DNA of 64,000 nucleotides, from positions 65,157-129,156 of the IMG/VR virus record IMGVR_UViG_3300029288_007050. One strand, written 5' to 3'. Of this stretch, positions 1 to 10,716 are shown in pieces. Each line of letters begins with the position of its first letter. Position 1 is the stretch's first letter. A model generated the notes under the pieces. That model was given only the letters and a program-made list of their open reading frames with translations, was not told the DNA's origin and made no database searches. The translations under genes were made by a program, and so were the position numbers. Origin of the DNA: a virus. Taxonomy: Duplodnaviria; Caudoviricetes.

Positions 1-3000
1 ATCGTTTCACTAAGAGCAAGAAGATCTGTTATAGTCAGATACTTAGGCACTAAGATCGAGATGTTTTCATCAAGCAAAAGAGATTCATTCAAAGAACGCT
101 GAAAGATGCTTCTAGAGCTCATTGAATCAACAAAGCTGATGTTCTCAACCTTCTGTTTTGTTGCTTCCTTAGAGAGTGCTTCAGAGAATACTATTAGATC
201 TGCGTTCTGGAGGCTAAATATTCGTTTGATGCCTTCTGATATTTGAATCGTTTCTTGTTTGTTTATTTCTTGTATTTTTATGAAAGATTCTAATATCGTT
301 AATGCTTCAAATCTATTTAAGTTAAGAGATTTTATCAATGCTTCAACAAACGAAATCTGTTCATTTCTAGAAAGAGCAATGTTTTTAATAGAAAGATCAG
401 TTAAACCAAACTCTGTCGACTGACGTGAGTCAAACATTTTGATTATATTTTCTAATAATTCCACACTATCTGTAAAAGATCTCGAAATGACTGAAGTAGT
501 TAAAATGTTTTCAACAATGATTAGACTATCTTTAAGAGGTAATCTCTGGTTCTGCGTTATAGATTCAGCTATTGCAAGAACTTCTGTCAATGTCTTTTTG
601 TATGATGATAACGTATTTAGTATTTCTGCTAAAGTCACAGAATCTGATAAAGAACGCTCGCTGGCAAATGCTCTTGTAAATATATCGATAAACGAGAACG
701 AATCAGATAAAGAAACACCTGTCGTCTTGGAAAGGGTTTCTGTTAGAATCAGAGAACTCGCCAATGCTTTAAACGTTTCGGATCTTGTTGCTTTTACTTC
801 ACTGAGCAGAACGTCGTCTGACAATATCTTGTTAGTTAGCGTTTTATAGACGTCTGCAATGATTAATGAATCGATATTCTTTTTAATGAACTCCTTTTCT
901 AGAGTTTCGCTCATAGATAAACTATCAGATCTAGACGAACCCACCGCACTAGAGTGATTAAGTATCTTAGGCGCACCTTCTTGTGACCATGTAGCTCCAT
1001 ATCGAGTGCCATTATTTCCTTGTCCAGAACTGTCTGCCACTAAATCACCTGAACCAGCATCCATGTTCCATAAACCTCTTAATCCTGTTTCGTTTTGGAA
1101 GATTCCTTGATAATGCTGGAAGATTTCATTCGAAGACAAAGCTCTATTATAAACGCGTACTTCATCTATATTACCAGAGAACAAATCGCCCATCTTCAAC
1201 ACCGTTGCATTTGTGTTTATAGCACCAGATAGTAGAGAAGAATTCTTCAATATGCCATCTATAAAGAGACGTTGGTATGCGCCATCGTATGTTAATACAT
1301 AATGATGCCACTGCAATGGAGTCGCAATTGTCGTAGAGATTTCTACATTATTTATATATCCCTTTAATGAAGTTCCGGTATCAGTCATTTCTAATGAATA
1401 TGCGTCATGTCCTTTGTTGATGATCTGTTTGTTTGCTCCTGGTTCTACATATTCGATAATCAGTTTGGGAGCATAAGTAGAAGAACCATCGTAAGAATAT
1501 CCAGCTCTTCTAGCAGCAACAACGTGATCACTTCTATCATCGAAATCTTCCCAAAATATCATGATGTCATTTCCAGAAACCCAACCTTCTCTATCGACTA
1601 TTTCTTTTATGACAGTTTTTATTTCGGGACTATCGTATTCTAAATTAGTCGTCCACTCTGGAATATCGTCCCAATCAACTCTAGTAAGAGTCCTATTAGC
1701 CCAGCGAGAATCAAACACATCTGCATCGTCTAAGAAAGTATCAGCATCATCAACATTCTCTGCGCTTATTCTAGTTCTAACGACTCCCCCCGCGTATGAT
1801 GCGTAGGCTCTTAAATGTAAATGAGTACCATCAGAAATCGTCGCTCCTTTCGGGATAGTAATGTTCGTAAAGCGCATACCAGATCCATACCTTGAAGCAG
1901 TGCTGTGTGCGCCAGCCCATACGTTAGCAAATATCAAACTAAAGAACCACGGATCAAGTCTTCTATTTGCATCATCAGTACTCTGCCCTACCTGCCAAGT
2001 TGGGTCGATTTTAATCTCTCCTTTAGCTTTTCTAGACAATTTCTCCAACCGTTCTGTAAGTATTCCATTTTTAAGAGTTGTTTCTATTTCATGAGTTCCT
2101 TCTTCATCGAAAGCACGAGTAGCAAAAGGTATTTTCCCAGTGACTTTAAACTTAGCTTCGAATGGAAGATCAGACGAAGAAATAGAATGTCTGAAACTAA
2201 TCTTATTCGTCTCTGGTATTATTTCGAACTCTGAACTATTACTCTCTAGCAATTCAATTGAAGAAATTTCGCCAGTCTTCTTATCTCTAATAGTAGCTTT
2301 GTTGCCATTTCTAGTTAATTCGTATGGTGCTTTAGTAATCTTATTATTCTTCCATGTCAAGTCAATGTCTTTCCACTCTTCATTAGAATTCTTGTAATCG
2401 TCTTTGTAATGAATAGCACCCATACTAGTTTCTAGACGATTCTTATTATTTGCTACTCTGAATGTCTTGCTATTTTCAGTTCTAAGAGACGTCAGTTCAT
2501 TAGTAAACACCGGATCTTTAGCCCATGCTTCGAGAGTGATTGCGTCTGTGATGTCTAAACTTGCAGCATTTCCAGCATCGACATAGTCATCGATGCCATC
2601 AAAAGACAATGAACCACCTAATCTGTTAATCCATGCTGTGTCTGATAGTATTTTGAACGTTGATGACGTTTTGATTATACTTTCAAGAATATCAAGAGCT
2701 TCTGATTTCGATATATTTGCAGTTTTAGTTAAAGATTCTATAAACGATTCTGAATCAAACAGATGTTTTTCTGAACCAGACCATTTCTGTAAAACTTCGA
2801 CAAAAGCAAGTGATTCTGATAATCGAATATCAGAATGTTTAGTAATAATTTCTGTTAAAGACAAAACTTCTGATAAAGTTCTTTCAAAGACAGACACTGG
2901 TGCATAAAATTCGACAAGAGCGAAAGAATCATCTAGTTCTTTTTTAGTTTCTACTATTCTAGAAACTAAATCAACTAAGACGATGCTATCATTTTTAGAC

Positions 3001-6000
3001 AACCCAGTAGATTTTTGAACAGATTCTATTATAGAAAATGATTCGAGGAACTTTCTAGAAGTGCTAGAAGCTGGAACTATCAAATCTACGAAGTTCACAA
3101 AATCATTGAGATGTTCGGAAGATTCTCTTGCTAGAAGATCTATTAAAGATAACTGTACTGGTATATCAAGAAACACGTTTTTCGATGGAGAATCTGTTTG
3201 CAATAGAGTAATGTTTTCGATTAGTTTTTGCAAAATGTTTGACGTGTGTAATTCTGTTATTGTCAAAACTTCAGATTTATAAAAACTGTTAAGCTTGTGC
3301 AAAGATTCAAGGAACGATAAAGTTTCTTCTAAAGATTTTCCAGTAGACTTTGATAATGTTTCTGCAAGAGATACAACTTCAGTTAAATTGCGATCGAAGA
3401 CGTTGACAGATTGTAAAAATTCTGTGATGCTAACAGCATCGGTTATTATTCTTTCAAAAGCAGACGTTCTAGCAATATTGTCTGTCAGATCAATATTTTC
3501 GAATTTTGACCGATTGAACGTTAAAACGTTCGATGCACTTTCAATCAAAGACAAAGTCTCGTCTTTAGATAAACCAAATTCTTTCTTAAATGTCTCAGTC
3601 AACATTAATGTTTCTGCTAAAGATTTAGTAGACTCTCGTTTCAAAAAAGAATCAGACAGAATTTCTAAATCTGAGAACGCTTTGAGAATTTGTTTAACTC
3701 TACTTTCTGTAATTTCAACAGATTCAGATTCTACTTTATCAACTCCTTTAACTGGATTTTCAGTAGTCGCTTCAACCATAAACGTAGATGGATACATTGA
3801 ATAAGGTGAATTCGATGCACTTCTTCTCACGTAATGCATTTCTACACCCGGCACTAATACAGACATCTCGTGAGTATTATAAGCATATTGTAATGACGTG
3901 TTAGCGTTTGTGTTATTACCAGCGTGTCCAATCAATGAAGTTGGAGCAAAAGAATGATCTAAATCTGGTGTAGTCGAAAGGTACCAACTAGATTCGGTTC
4001 CTGTTGTGCTGCTTCCAACAGCTGACTTAACGTTAATACTTGGATGTTGTATTACGAACCAGTTGAAAGTGCCGTGATCTCCACTAGAATAATAAAGCCA
4101 CTTATGGAAATGTAAATTAGTTGGAGACGTAATATACAAACGACCAAAAATAATACCAGGATTAGTGTCGTAGTTCTGCATTCGCTGATTGAAAAGAACA
4201 AATGATTTCGTCGTATCTATGCGATTGATAGTTTCGTCCATATTCTGGACTGAACCTGTCCATTGTTTTTCTCCACTTTGCACATAAGCTCCCTCCCATT
4301 CGACGACGTATACTCGAACAACTGTTTCAGACCCACCGCTACCTCTCATAAGATTAACGTTTGTAGTCGAAGTAAACTTTGCTCCAACTAGACCGCCTAA
4401 AACACCAGTAAATGAAGTTCTCATTGTTATCAAAAGAAACGCTTTAGATAAATCTACTTCAGATACCGACTGGTTGTCTTCAGTGTCAGCTGTTAAAGTT
4501 TTTTCAAACGTTTGTACTGTAAAATTACGACCAGTGATTACTTGCCAGCAATAAATTGCTGTAGTGTCTGTTGTATAAGATCTTCGAATGTATAACTGAG
4601 TATAGTATCCATCAACTTCGTTTTGCAGAGTAGCAGTCGCTAATGTTCTTGATGTTCTATAGTTATCGCTTCTAACAGATACGATTGGAAAGCTTCTTCC
4701 GACTGGCACAGGTGTAGCGAGATCAATAGTTGCAGTAGCCACTCCAGCAGATAAAGTTTGAGTGCCTCTTTGTACGTCGAATTCTTTGGGACTAAGATGT
4801 AACGCATCTATTATCTTCTTAGTCATTCCAGTCTTCCTAAGTTCTGCTAAACTTAGATTGTCAATTTTCTGTTTAGTCGATGCAGATTTAGAAGCTTCTA
4901 GTATTGACGAACTTTCATTTTTCAATATTGTAAATTCAGATCCAGTTTTTTTAGATTCATCCATAGACAAAGAATCAGACGGTGATAATTTCCAACCTGG
5001 TGTATCAAACACCCAACCAGAATTACCCGTGGTGTTGTTAGAATTGACACCTGCATACCAAGTATCTGCTGGTGTAGCAGCTGAATATGATATATCAAGA
5101 TAATCACAAGATATCTGTCCACTACCAGATTTTATTAAATTCCAAGTTCCATCACTTAATAAAGTAATCATGTTTCCAACAGTGCCGACAGCATCAAAAT
5201 TAGTAATAGTTTGTGAGTATCCACTCCAGAACCATAATGTTAAACCTGGTTCTACTTTTAAAGTAGTAATAGAATTCGAATAGAGAATATAAGCATAATC
5301 AGTACCACTAGAATATACCCAGACTGTCGGATAAGTCACTCCAGTACCATTATCATTTAAAAAAACACCAGCAGTGCCTACCAATTTGATTGTCGAAGTC
5401 CCAGTGTCTAAAGTCAAGTTACTCGAAGTTACATACCAATAGCCTAATTGCCACATTCCACTACCCATATGTATTGTGCGCGTAGATGAAGTAACCGACT
5501 GAAAGCCACCCGACAAAGTTAGATCATGATTATTAGCATCAAAAGTGCCTTCTTGATGATCGATACTTATACCGACAAAATCATCAAGTAGTTGAAAAGT
5601 CGCGTCAGAAACCAATGCTAACGTCGACACAGACACTGTGCCACCATTGCATTGAATATATCTAGTCGAACCATCTACAGGATTCATATACAAAGAAGAA
5701 GCAGTAAGATTCACACCAGAACCGAGTATCAAATCTCCAGTTAGTCTTTGTTGACTTGAACTAAAATTTAAAGTAGGCGAATTAGTGACATCAGCACAAT
5801 TCAATTTACAAATCCAAATATATTGATCTGGCATCGTCACAGTTTGACTTCCAGTCGAGAACGAATTAGCATCAAATATTGCCGTATCATGACATATAGG
5901 ATACGTAGCGCCACCACTTCCTCCAGATGAATCTGACCAATGAGCTGTATCATACCAGTATCCCGCGTCTCCAATCCAATATCTGTTAACTGGTGTCGTA

Positions 6001-6989
6001 AAAGTTATTCCCGAATTGTTTCCATTGTTTCCTATAGACGTACCCGTCCAAGTAGCTGATCCAGAACCTATGATATCTCTAAAATCTACATTGCTCATAG
6101 ATACCGAACCATTACATGTTATTGTTCGTTGTGCTCCGCTCCCATATATACTCAAACGATACCTATTCTGAGAATATCCAGAAATAGTTAACGAATTATT
6201 AACAATGATGTCATTACTAAGATACCAAAATCTACCAGATGACGAAGTGATTTGAAAAGTTAAATCATCAAAACTGACACCAGTACCAGTTACACCTCTG
6301 CTATACGCTCCCGAAGATTCTAAAACGACTGTTTTGTAAGCTAAACCACCACTAGCAAATGTAGTACCGTTCGAATTTATCGTCGAAGTACCGACATTGA
6401 AAGTAAGATTAGTAATTGTACCAAAGTTCCAATAATAACAATTAATTGCACTAGAACCTAAAGTAAGAGTTCGAACGTTAGAATTGCTTGACGCAAAATA
6501 AGCACATGTTATAGTTTGATCGTTCGAAATTAAAGTACCGTTGTTTAAAGTGATGTCGCCGCCGCTAAAGCCACTTGTATTGTTCCACTCGTCTTGAATA
6601 GTCCATTCACCACCGACGCCATTAAAATATACGTCGTTTTTCATTACCAAACCATTAAATGTCAAAGTTTTTCCAGATGTCGTCGCCTCTAAATAAATAC
6701 GACCAGCATAAGTTCTAGTCATAGTGCTATCCATCGTCAAAGAACCATAGACGTATAAATATCTAGAACTAGAACCAGCAAAAGTGCCAGTATATCCAGT
6801 GAAATCCAAATCATTACAACTAACATTCACTGTCACAGTACAAATACCGCCACCCGAATTAGCAGTAAAATAAACATTATCCGAAGATGTCGGAACTGAA
6901 AATCCACCACTACCACCGTCTGAGTCTGACCAATTTGTAGTTGTAGAAGCGTCCCAGTTTCCTGTTCCGCCTACCCAATATCGGTCCAT
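1..6989 (-). CDS. Giant (>2300 aa, 3'-truncated) Ser/Thr-rich virion fibre/surface protein with LamG domain and repeats
   Basis: ATG at 6989 gives MDRYWVGGTGNWDASTTTNWSDSDGGSGG. The frame was spot-checked as the same at ~2600 (SLSFDGIDDYV), ~1450 and position 3. LamG motifs include WHHYVLTYDG and GNIDEVRVYNRALS. Probably absent from the ORF track because no stop falls in the window. Confidence 0.85.
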   Translation of the reverse strand, partial: MDRYWVGGTGNWDASTTTNWSDSDGGSGGFSVPTSSDNVYFTANSGGGICTVTVNVSCNDLDFTGYTGTFAGSSSRYLYVYGSLTMDSTMTRTYAGRIYLEATTSGKTLTFNGLVMKNDVYFNGVGGEWTIQDEWNNTSGFSGGDITLNNGTLISNDQTITCAYFASSNSNVRTLTLGSSAINCYYWNFGTITNLTFNVGTSTINSNGTTFASGGLAYKTVVLESSGAYSRGVTGTGVSFDDLTFQITSSSGRFWYLSNDIIVNNSLTISGYSQNRYRLSIYGSGAQRTITCNGSVSMSNVDFRDIIGSGSATWTGTSIGNNGNNSGITFTTPVNRYWIGDAGYWYDTAHWSDSSGGSGGATYPICHDTAIFDANSFSTGSQTVTMPDQYIWICKLNCADVTNSPTLNFSSSQQRLTGDLILGSGVNLTASSLYMNPVDGSTRYIQCNGGTVSVSTLALVSDATFQLLDDFVGISIDHQEGTFDANNHDLTLSGGFQSVTSSTRTIHMGSGMWQLGYWYVTSSNLTLDTGTSTIKLVGTAGVFLNDNGTGVTYPTVWVYSSGTDYAYILYSNSITTLKVEPGLTLWFWSGYSQTITNFDAVGTVGNMITLLSDGTWNLIKSGSGQISCDYLDISYSAATPADTWYAGVNSNNTTGNSGWVFDTPGWKLSPSDSLSMDESKKTGSEFTILKNESSSILEASKSASTKQKIDNLSLAELRKTGMTKKIIDALHLSPKEFDVQRGTQTLSAGVATATIDLATPVPVGRSFPIVSVRSDNYRTSRTLATATLQNEVDGYYTQLYIRRSYTTDTTAIYCWQVITGRNFTVQTFEKTLTADTEDNQSVSEVDLSKAFLLITMRTSFTGVLGGLVGAKFTSTTNVNLMRGSGGSETVVRVYVVEWEGAYVQSGEKQWTGSVQNMDETINRIDTTKSFVLFNQRMQNYDTNPGIIFGRLYITSPTNLHFHKWLYYSSGDHGTFNWFVIQHPSINVKSAVGSSTTGTESSWYLSTTPDLDHSFAPTSLIGHAGNNTNANTSLQYAYNTHEMSVLVPGVEMHYVRRSASNSPYSMYPSTFMVEATTENPVKGVDKVESESVEITESRVKQILKAFSDLEILSDSFLKRESTKSLAETLMLTETFKKEFGLSKDETLSLIESASNVLTFNRSKFENIDLTDNIARTSAFERIITDAVSITEFLQSVNVFDRNLTEVVSLAETLSKSTGKSLEETLSFLESLHKLNSFYKSEVLTITELHTSNILQKLIENITLLQTDSPSKNVFLDIPVQLSLIDLLARESSEHLNDFVNFVDLIVPASSTSRKFLESFSIIESVQKSTGLSKNDSIVLVDLVSRIVETKKELDDSFALVEFYAPVSVFERTLSEVLSLTEIITKHSDIRLSESLAFVEVLQKWSGSEKHLFDSESFIESLTKTANISKSEALDILESIIKTSSTFKILSDTAWINRLGGSLSFDGIDDYVDAGNAASLDITDAITLEAWAKDPVFTNELTSLRTENSKTFRVANNKNRLETSMGAIHYKDDYKNSNEEWKDIDLTWKNNKITKAPYELTRNGNKATIRDKKTGEISSIELLESNSSEFEIIPETNKISFRHSISSSDLPFEAKFKVTGKIPFATRAFDEEGTHEIETTLKNGILTERLEKLSRKAKGEIKIDPTWQVGQSTDDANRRLDPWFFSLIFANVWAGAHSTASRYGSGMRFTNITIPKGATISDGTHLHLRAYASYAGGVVRTRISAENVDDADTFLDDADVFDSRWANRTLTRVDWDDIPEWTTNLEYDSPEIKTVIKEIVDREGWVSGNDIMIFWEDFDDRSDHVVAARRAGYSYDGSSTYAPKLIIEYVEPGANKQIINKGHDAYSLEMTDTGTSLKGYINNVEISTTIATPLQWHHYVLTYDGAYQRLFIDGILKNSSLLSGAINTNATVLKMGDLFSGNIDEVRVYNRALSSNEIFQHYQGIFQNETGLRGLWNMDAGSGDLVADSSGQGNNGTRYGATWSQEGAPKILNHSSAVGSSRSDSLSMSETLEKEFIKKNIDSLIIADVYKTLTNKILSDDVLLSEVKATRSETFKALASSLILTETLSKTTGVSLSDSFSFIDIFTRAFASERSLSDSVTLAEILNTLSSYKKTLTEVLAIAESITQNQRLPLKDSLIIVENILTTSVISRSFTDSVELLENIIKMFDSRQSTEFGLTDLSIKNIALSRNEQISFVEALIKSLNLNRFEALTILESFIKIQEINKQETIQISEGIKRIFSLQNADLIVFSEALSKEATKQKVENISFVDSMSSRSIFQRSLNESLLLDENISILVPKYLTITDLLALSET

Positions 6990-6994
6990 GTTAA

Positions 6995-7609
6995 TTAATT
7001 AAAATTATTTCGAAAAACACTAAGATCTATAGATTTGCAATGTTTACTAATATAATCGAGATGAGTATAAATTTTAAAACCTGCCTTCTTGACTTTTTCT
7101 GAAAAAGCTAAATCTAAACCCTTTATTTCAACACCATATATCTTATCATAAATTCGTTCAAACGGTCTCTCCAAGCGTTCTAGAACAGCTCTTGAACACA
7201 ATATAACTCCTGTTCCAGTTGCGTCTACCTCAATAAGACCAGAATCTTTATTTTTCTCATAATCTACTGGTATTAAATATTCGTCGTTTTTATCATATTT
7301 ATAAATATTCAAAACTAGCTTATGCTGATAAATCCACACTGGACAACTAACTACATCTAAATTCAAATCAACGAGTTTTAATGGATTATGCGCTGGCACA
7401 TTATCACAGTCTATTTGGAGCAAATAATCTGAATCTGATTCTAAAAATCTTTTGACTATGTCATTTCTATTGTTTTCAATGGGTCTTAATTTTGAAGACT
7501 CGAAATAAACAGTATGTCTGTCTCTTACTTCGTCTAACCAACGGGGTAATCTTATAGTAAGTTCGTCAACTACTAGACCTTCATTTAATATTGAAAAATG
7601 AATTTTCAT
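6995..7609 (-). CDS. GT2/GT-A-like glycosyltransferase
   Basis: NRNDIVKRFL...YLLQIDCDN (DxD), EVDATGTGVIL, GLDLAFSEK. Confidence 0.75.
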   Translation of the reverse strand: MKIHFSILNEGLVVDELTIRLPRWLDEVRDRHTVYFESSKLRPIENNRNDIVKRFLESDSDYLLQIDCDNVPAHNPLKLVDLNLDVVSCPVWIYQHKLVLNIYKYDKNDEYLIPVDYEKNKDSGLIEVDATGTGVILCSRAVLERLERPFERIYDKIYGVEIKGLDLAFSEKVKKAGFKIYTHLDYISKHCKSIDLSVFRNNFN

Positions 7610-8316
7610 TCGATTGGTTTGTTTTCCTTAAAGTTTGTTTTTATTTTTTGGATATGCTCTCGCATACCTTTATTCCATTCATTTTTTGCTTCCTCTGAAA
7701 GATGACTTAAATAATATTCTTCAGTGATAACATTTTCGTTTCCTAAATGCCCGATTTTAATGTCTGTATCAATAAATATCTTATAACCTATCTTCCGTGC
7801 ATTTTCACAGAACGTAAGATCACTACTAAATATGTTGTCTCTATAATAATACCAAGGTTTATCTGAAAATTCTTCTTTCAACTTTCTGAAAACTTCAGTC
7901 TTAATTAGATGAGCAGCCATACCCGTCGCATCGACTGAAAGAAGACCAGAAGTATAAGACATCGTCTCATAACATTTTTCTTTTTCATTCCAAGAAAAAA
8001 TGCAAGGATAGTGAGGAGAAGTACGTCTAAACGCAAGAGCGTTTACCATCGGCAGATCATGACTAAAAAGATTTACAAGCAGATCTGGACCAAAAACCAT
8101 ATCTGCGTCTATAAAAAAAACATAGTCCGAGTTCGTGTCTAAAGCATGTTGGACTATGCGGTTTCGAGAAAAAGGTAATTGATAACCCGATACAATATTT
8201 ATGTCTATGTCACTGTTTGCTGGATAACGTAAACTCATCAACGACTGTACAAATTTTCTATGAAAATAATCTGTAGCCGTTGGTATGCCTATTAAAATTT
8301 TAATTCTTTTGTCCAT
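7606..8316 (-). CDS. GT2/GT-A-like glycosyltransferase
   Basis: ILIGIPT, SRNRIV, FFIDADM, DATGMA, SDLTFC; paralog of 23594-24235. Confidence 0.8.
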   Translation of the reverse strand: MDKRIKILIGIPTATDYFHRKFVQSLMSLRYPANSDIDINIVSGYQLPFSRNRIVQHALDTNSDYVFFIDADMVFGPDLLVNLFSHDLPMVNALAFRRTSPHYPCIFSWNEKEKCYETMSYTSGLLSVDATGMAAHLIKTEVFRKLKEEFSDKPWYYYRDNIFSSDLTFCENARKIGYKIFIDTDIKIGHLGNENVITEEYYLSHLSEEAKNEWNKGMREHIQKIKTNFKENKPIE

Positions 8317-8343
8317 AAACTACAAACATTAAACCTGTTTTTA

Positions 8344-8416
8344 CTAACATAGCCTCTCTACCTCAGCTTCAGCATTTTCAGAGAGGCAGTAATGCTCAAA
8401 CTGAGGAGTACGTTAG
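8344..8416 (-). promoter_or_regulatory. Pseudoknot-forming leader RNA element
   Basis: On the minus strand, stem CCTCAGTTTGAGCATT/AATGCTGAAGCTGAGG; loop GCCTCTCT pairs with AGAGAGGC immediately 3'; outer closing stem. Confidence 0.55.
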
Positions 8417-8484
8417 GTAGTTGCTTAGCTGTTCGAACAGCTAAACTACAACATGTGACGTCGTATAGACATCACTCATATAGT

Positions 8485-8964
8485 TTAGCTAGCACCAACC
8501 GTAACAGTCCAAGTGATTGTTAGAGTGTCAGAAGCACCTTTGTTGATGACAGAAAAGGTTGAAGCTGCAAGCATTGTACCAGCGACTGAAGAATTGAAAA
8601 TACCTGCCTCTGTCAATGCTCCAGTAGCATCTCCAGCAGCCCATGTCGCTTTATATACGACATCGTTGTCATCACCACCAGATTGCTGTTCTGGATAACC
8701 TCCAGACAAAGCGTTTCTGTCGATTTCATCCGTCAAAGTCGTGGAAGAAGTAGTGAAAGGAGTATCACCTGAACCTACAGCCATCCAACCCATTGCTGCT
8801 TCAGCTGGTGTTGCTGCTAATTGGTCAGCTACGTGTGCGTCACCGACAGCCATAAAAGTATTTTCTTTTTCAACGATCTGTTTTACGTTTCCGTCTTTGT
8901 CAAAAAGTTCAATCTTGATATAACCCTTCATTAACGTACCATCTTTTGTTTTTGTTTCAATCAT
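8485..8964 (-). CDS. Virion structural protein (tail/collar-like)
   Basis: MAVGSGDT...LTEAGIFNS...INKGASDTLTITWTV pattern typical of phage tail-associated proteins; likely start MIETK at 8964. Confidence 0.65.
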   Translation of the reverse strand: MIETKTKDGTLMKGYIKIELFDKDGNVKQIVEKENTFMAVGDAHVADQLAATPAEAAMGWMAVGSGDTPFTTSSTTLTDEIDRNALSGGYPEQQSGGDDNDVVYKATWAAGDATGALTEAGIFNSSVAGTMLAASTFSVINKGASDTLTITWTVTVGAS

Positions 8965-8968
8965 GTTT

Positions 8969-9172
8969 TTACTTGCTAGCTTCTTTGATCGGCACAAGAG
9001 TGTCTACTTCGATTTCTTTTTTCTCTTTCTTTACAGTATAACCAGGAATAGTGACATTGCCTTTTGCTGCTAAAAGAACTGCAGAAGAAGCATCTATTTC
9101 TAGAGTATCACCAGCTTTGCGCAAAGCACCATTCTTCATCATAGGTGTAATGAATTTAACTTTTACTCTCAT
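8969..9172 (-). CDS. Small hypothetical (possibly virion) protein
   Basis: 67-aa ORF, co-oriented and tightly packed in the operon. Confidence 0.6.
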   Translation of the reverse strand: MRVKVKFITPMMKNGALRKAGDTLEIDASSAVLLAAKGNVTIPGYTVKKEKKEIEVDTLVPIKEASK

Positions 9173-9225
9173 GTTTTTAAGAAGCTATTACTTTTTTTAA
9201 TTATTCACCGGCTAAGTCGACCTCT

Positions 9226-10716
9226 TTAACCGTGCTTTTTTTCTTGATGTTTTTTCAATCGTCTCAAGCTGGTTGTAGTGTAATCACAGTATTTGCATTT
9301 CCTTATTATTTTTCCTTTTTCATTCTTTTTGTTTTCTTCATTTTCTGTCGTTTTTCTAGATTCGTCATTTTCTTTGATTTCTTCTGGTTTCTCTTCTTTT
9401 GTCTCTTCAACGGTTTGTTCTTTTACTTCTTCTTGTGTTTCTTCAGTATTTGTAGTTTCTCCAGTTTCTTCAGTATTTTCTTCTTTCTGTTCCTCTGCGT
9501 CCTGTTCTTTCGTTTCTTCCTCAGTCGTTTCTTCTTTTTCAGAATCTTCAGTCTCGTTTTCTTCTTCAACTTCAGCTTTTTCAGTTTCAGTATCCTGATC
9601 TCCCTGTTCTTCTAATTCATCAAGTTCCTCTACAAAATCGTCTTCAACTTCTACTTTTTCTACGACTAACCTGGGATTGTTTTTAGCCCACTCAGGAACT
9701 TCAGCAAACAATTTGCTTTCACCCTGGATCATGTTTGGGTCTTGTCTGAAGTTGCTTGGTGACGTAACTTTGTACATTGTTTTCATATAGATTGGTTGCT
9801 TTTTAATTTCAACTTTCTCTTCTTTTTGTTTTTCGACTATTTTTTCTCCGAATACTTTTTTGCTCTTCGCGTATACTAGACAGTTTTCTAAGAATTCTTC
9901 AAACGTAGATGAAAAATTCCGAATTTTGTCAAACGCGCTTCGTTCAAAAAACATCGGATACAGAGATTTAGATGCTTTCATGCACCATACCTCGTCATTA
10001 TCTATTTTACTCCATCTTTTGCGATCTGTAAAATAACCGTCGTTATTTTTTCTTTGACCATAAGTATTGTCGATATGATATACACTCAGATCTTCTATTA
10101 TTAAGAATTTTCCGATCCTTTTCGCGTGATCGTAGAGAATAGAATCTATTCCCCATTTCTCAACAGTGTTTTCTAGTTCTTTACCTTCAAGTCTTTTGAA
10201 CGTTCTGAACATTATATTCGGAAACATCATGCAACAGCCATATATAATTGGCGCTTCGACCTTTATAGCATGACCTCCATAGAATTGAATCGGTGCACTA
10301 TATCTATCAACGTTTATTATTCCTTCTGATCTCGGTGTTGCACCGCCTATTTTATCTGGATATTTAAAGTTTTCAATCATTTCAACAAACAAATTGCTGC
10401 TTAGTATTTCTATGTCACTGTCTAACTTTACATAGTAATCATAATCTAAAGGTATGTATTTCAAATTCCAGTAAAAACTCTTATAGATACCCATTCTTTT
10501 ATTGTTTATAAAAAGATTGAAACCATATTTCTTCTTAAGACCGAAAAGCATCTCTTCTGTTTCTTCATCAGAATGATCATCAAAGACAAAATGATCAAAC
10601 TGGCATCCAGCTCTTTTATAAAGACTTTTAAAAGAACGTTCGATATATTCTGGTCGATTAAAAGTCAATGAAATCACACAGACCGTTGGTTGTTTTATTT
10701 CTTCAAATTTTTTCAT
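9226..10716 (-). CDS. GT2 glycosyltransferase with acidic linker and C-terminal C2H2 zinc finger
   Basis: N-terminal TFNRPEY...VFDD...KLDSD; Glu-rich tract; C-terminal CKYC-x12-HQEKKH. Confidence 0.8.
   Translation of the reverse strand: MKKFEEIKQPTVCVISLTFNRPEYIERSFKSLYKRAGCQFDHFVFDDHSDEETEEMLFGLKKKYGFNLFINNKRMGIYKSFYWNLKYIPLDYDYYVKLDSDIEILSSNLFVEMIENFKYPDKIGGATPRSEGIINVDRYSAPIQFYGGHAIKVEAPIIYGCCMMFPNIMFRTFKRLEGKELENTVEKWGIDSILYDHAKRIGKFLIIEDLSVYHIDNTYGQRKNNDGYFTDRKRWSKIDNDEVWCMKASKSLYPMFFERSAFDKIRNFSSTFEEFLENCLVYAKSKKVFGEKIVEKQKEEKVEIKKQPIYMKTMYKVTSPSNFRQDPNMIQGESKLFAEVPEWAKNNPRLVVEKVEVEDDFVEELDELEEQGDQDTETEKAEVEEENETEDSEKEETTEEETKEQDAEEQKEENTEETGETTNTEETQEEVKEQTVEETKEEKPEEIKENDESRKTTENEENKKNEKGKIIRKCKYCDYTTTSLRRLKKHQEKKHG

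Noticed and set aside
439-5122. Plus-strand ORFs (and the short minus ORF 4922-5122) in the ORF track
   Set aside because: These are antisense or out-of-frame shadows of the giant minus-strand gene; the same applies to most short opposite-strand ORFs across the window.
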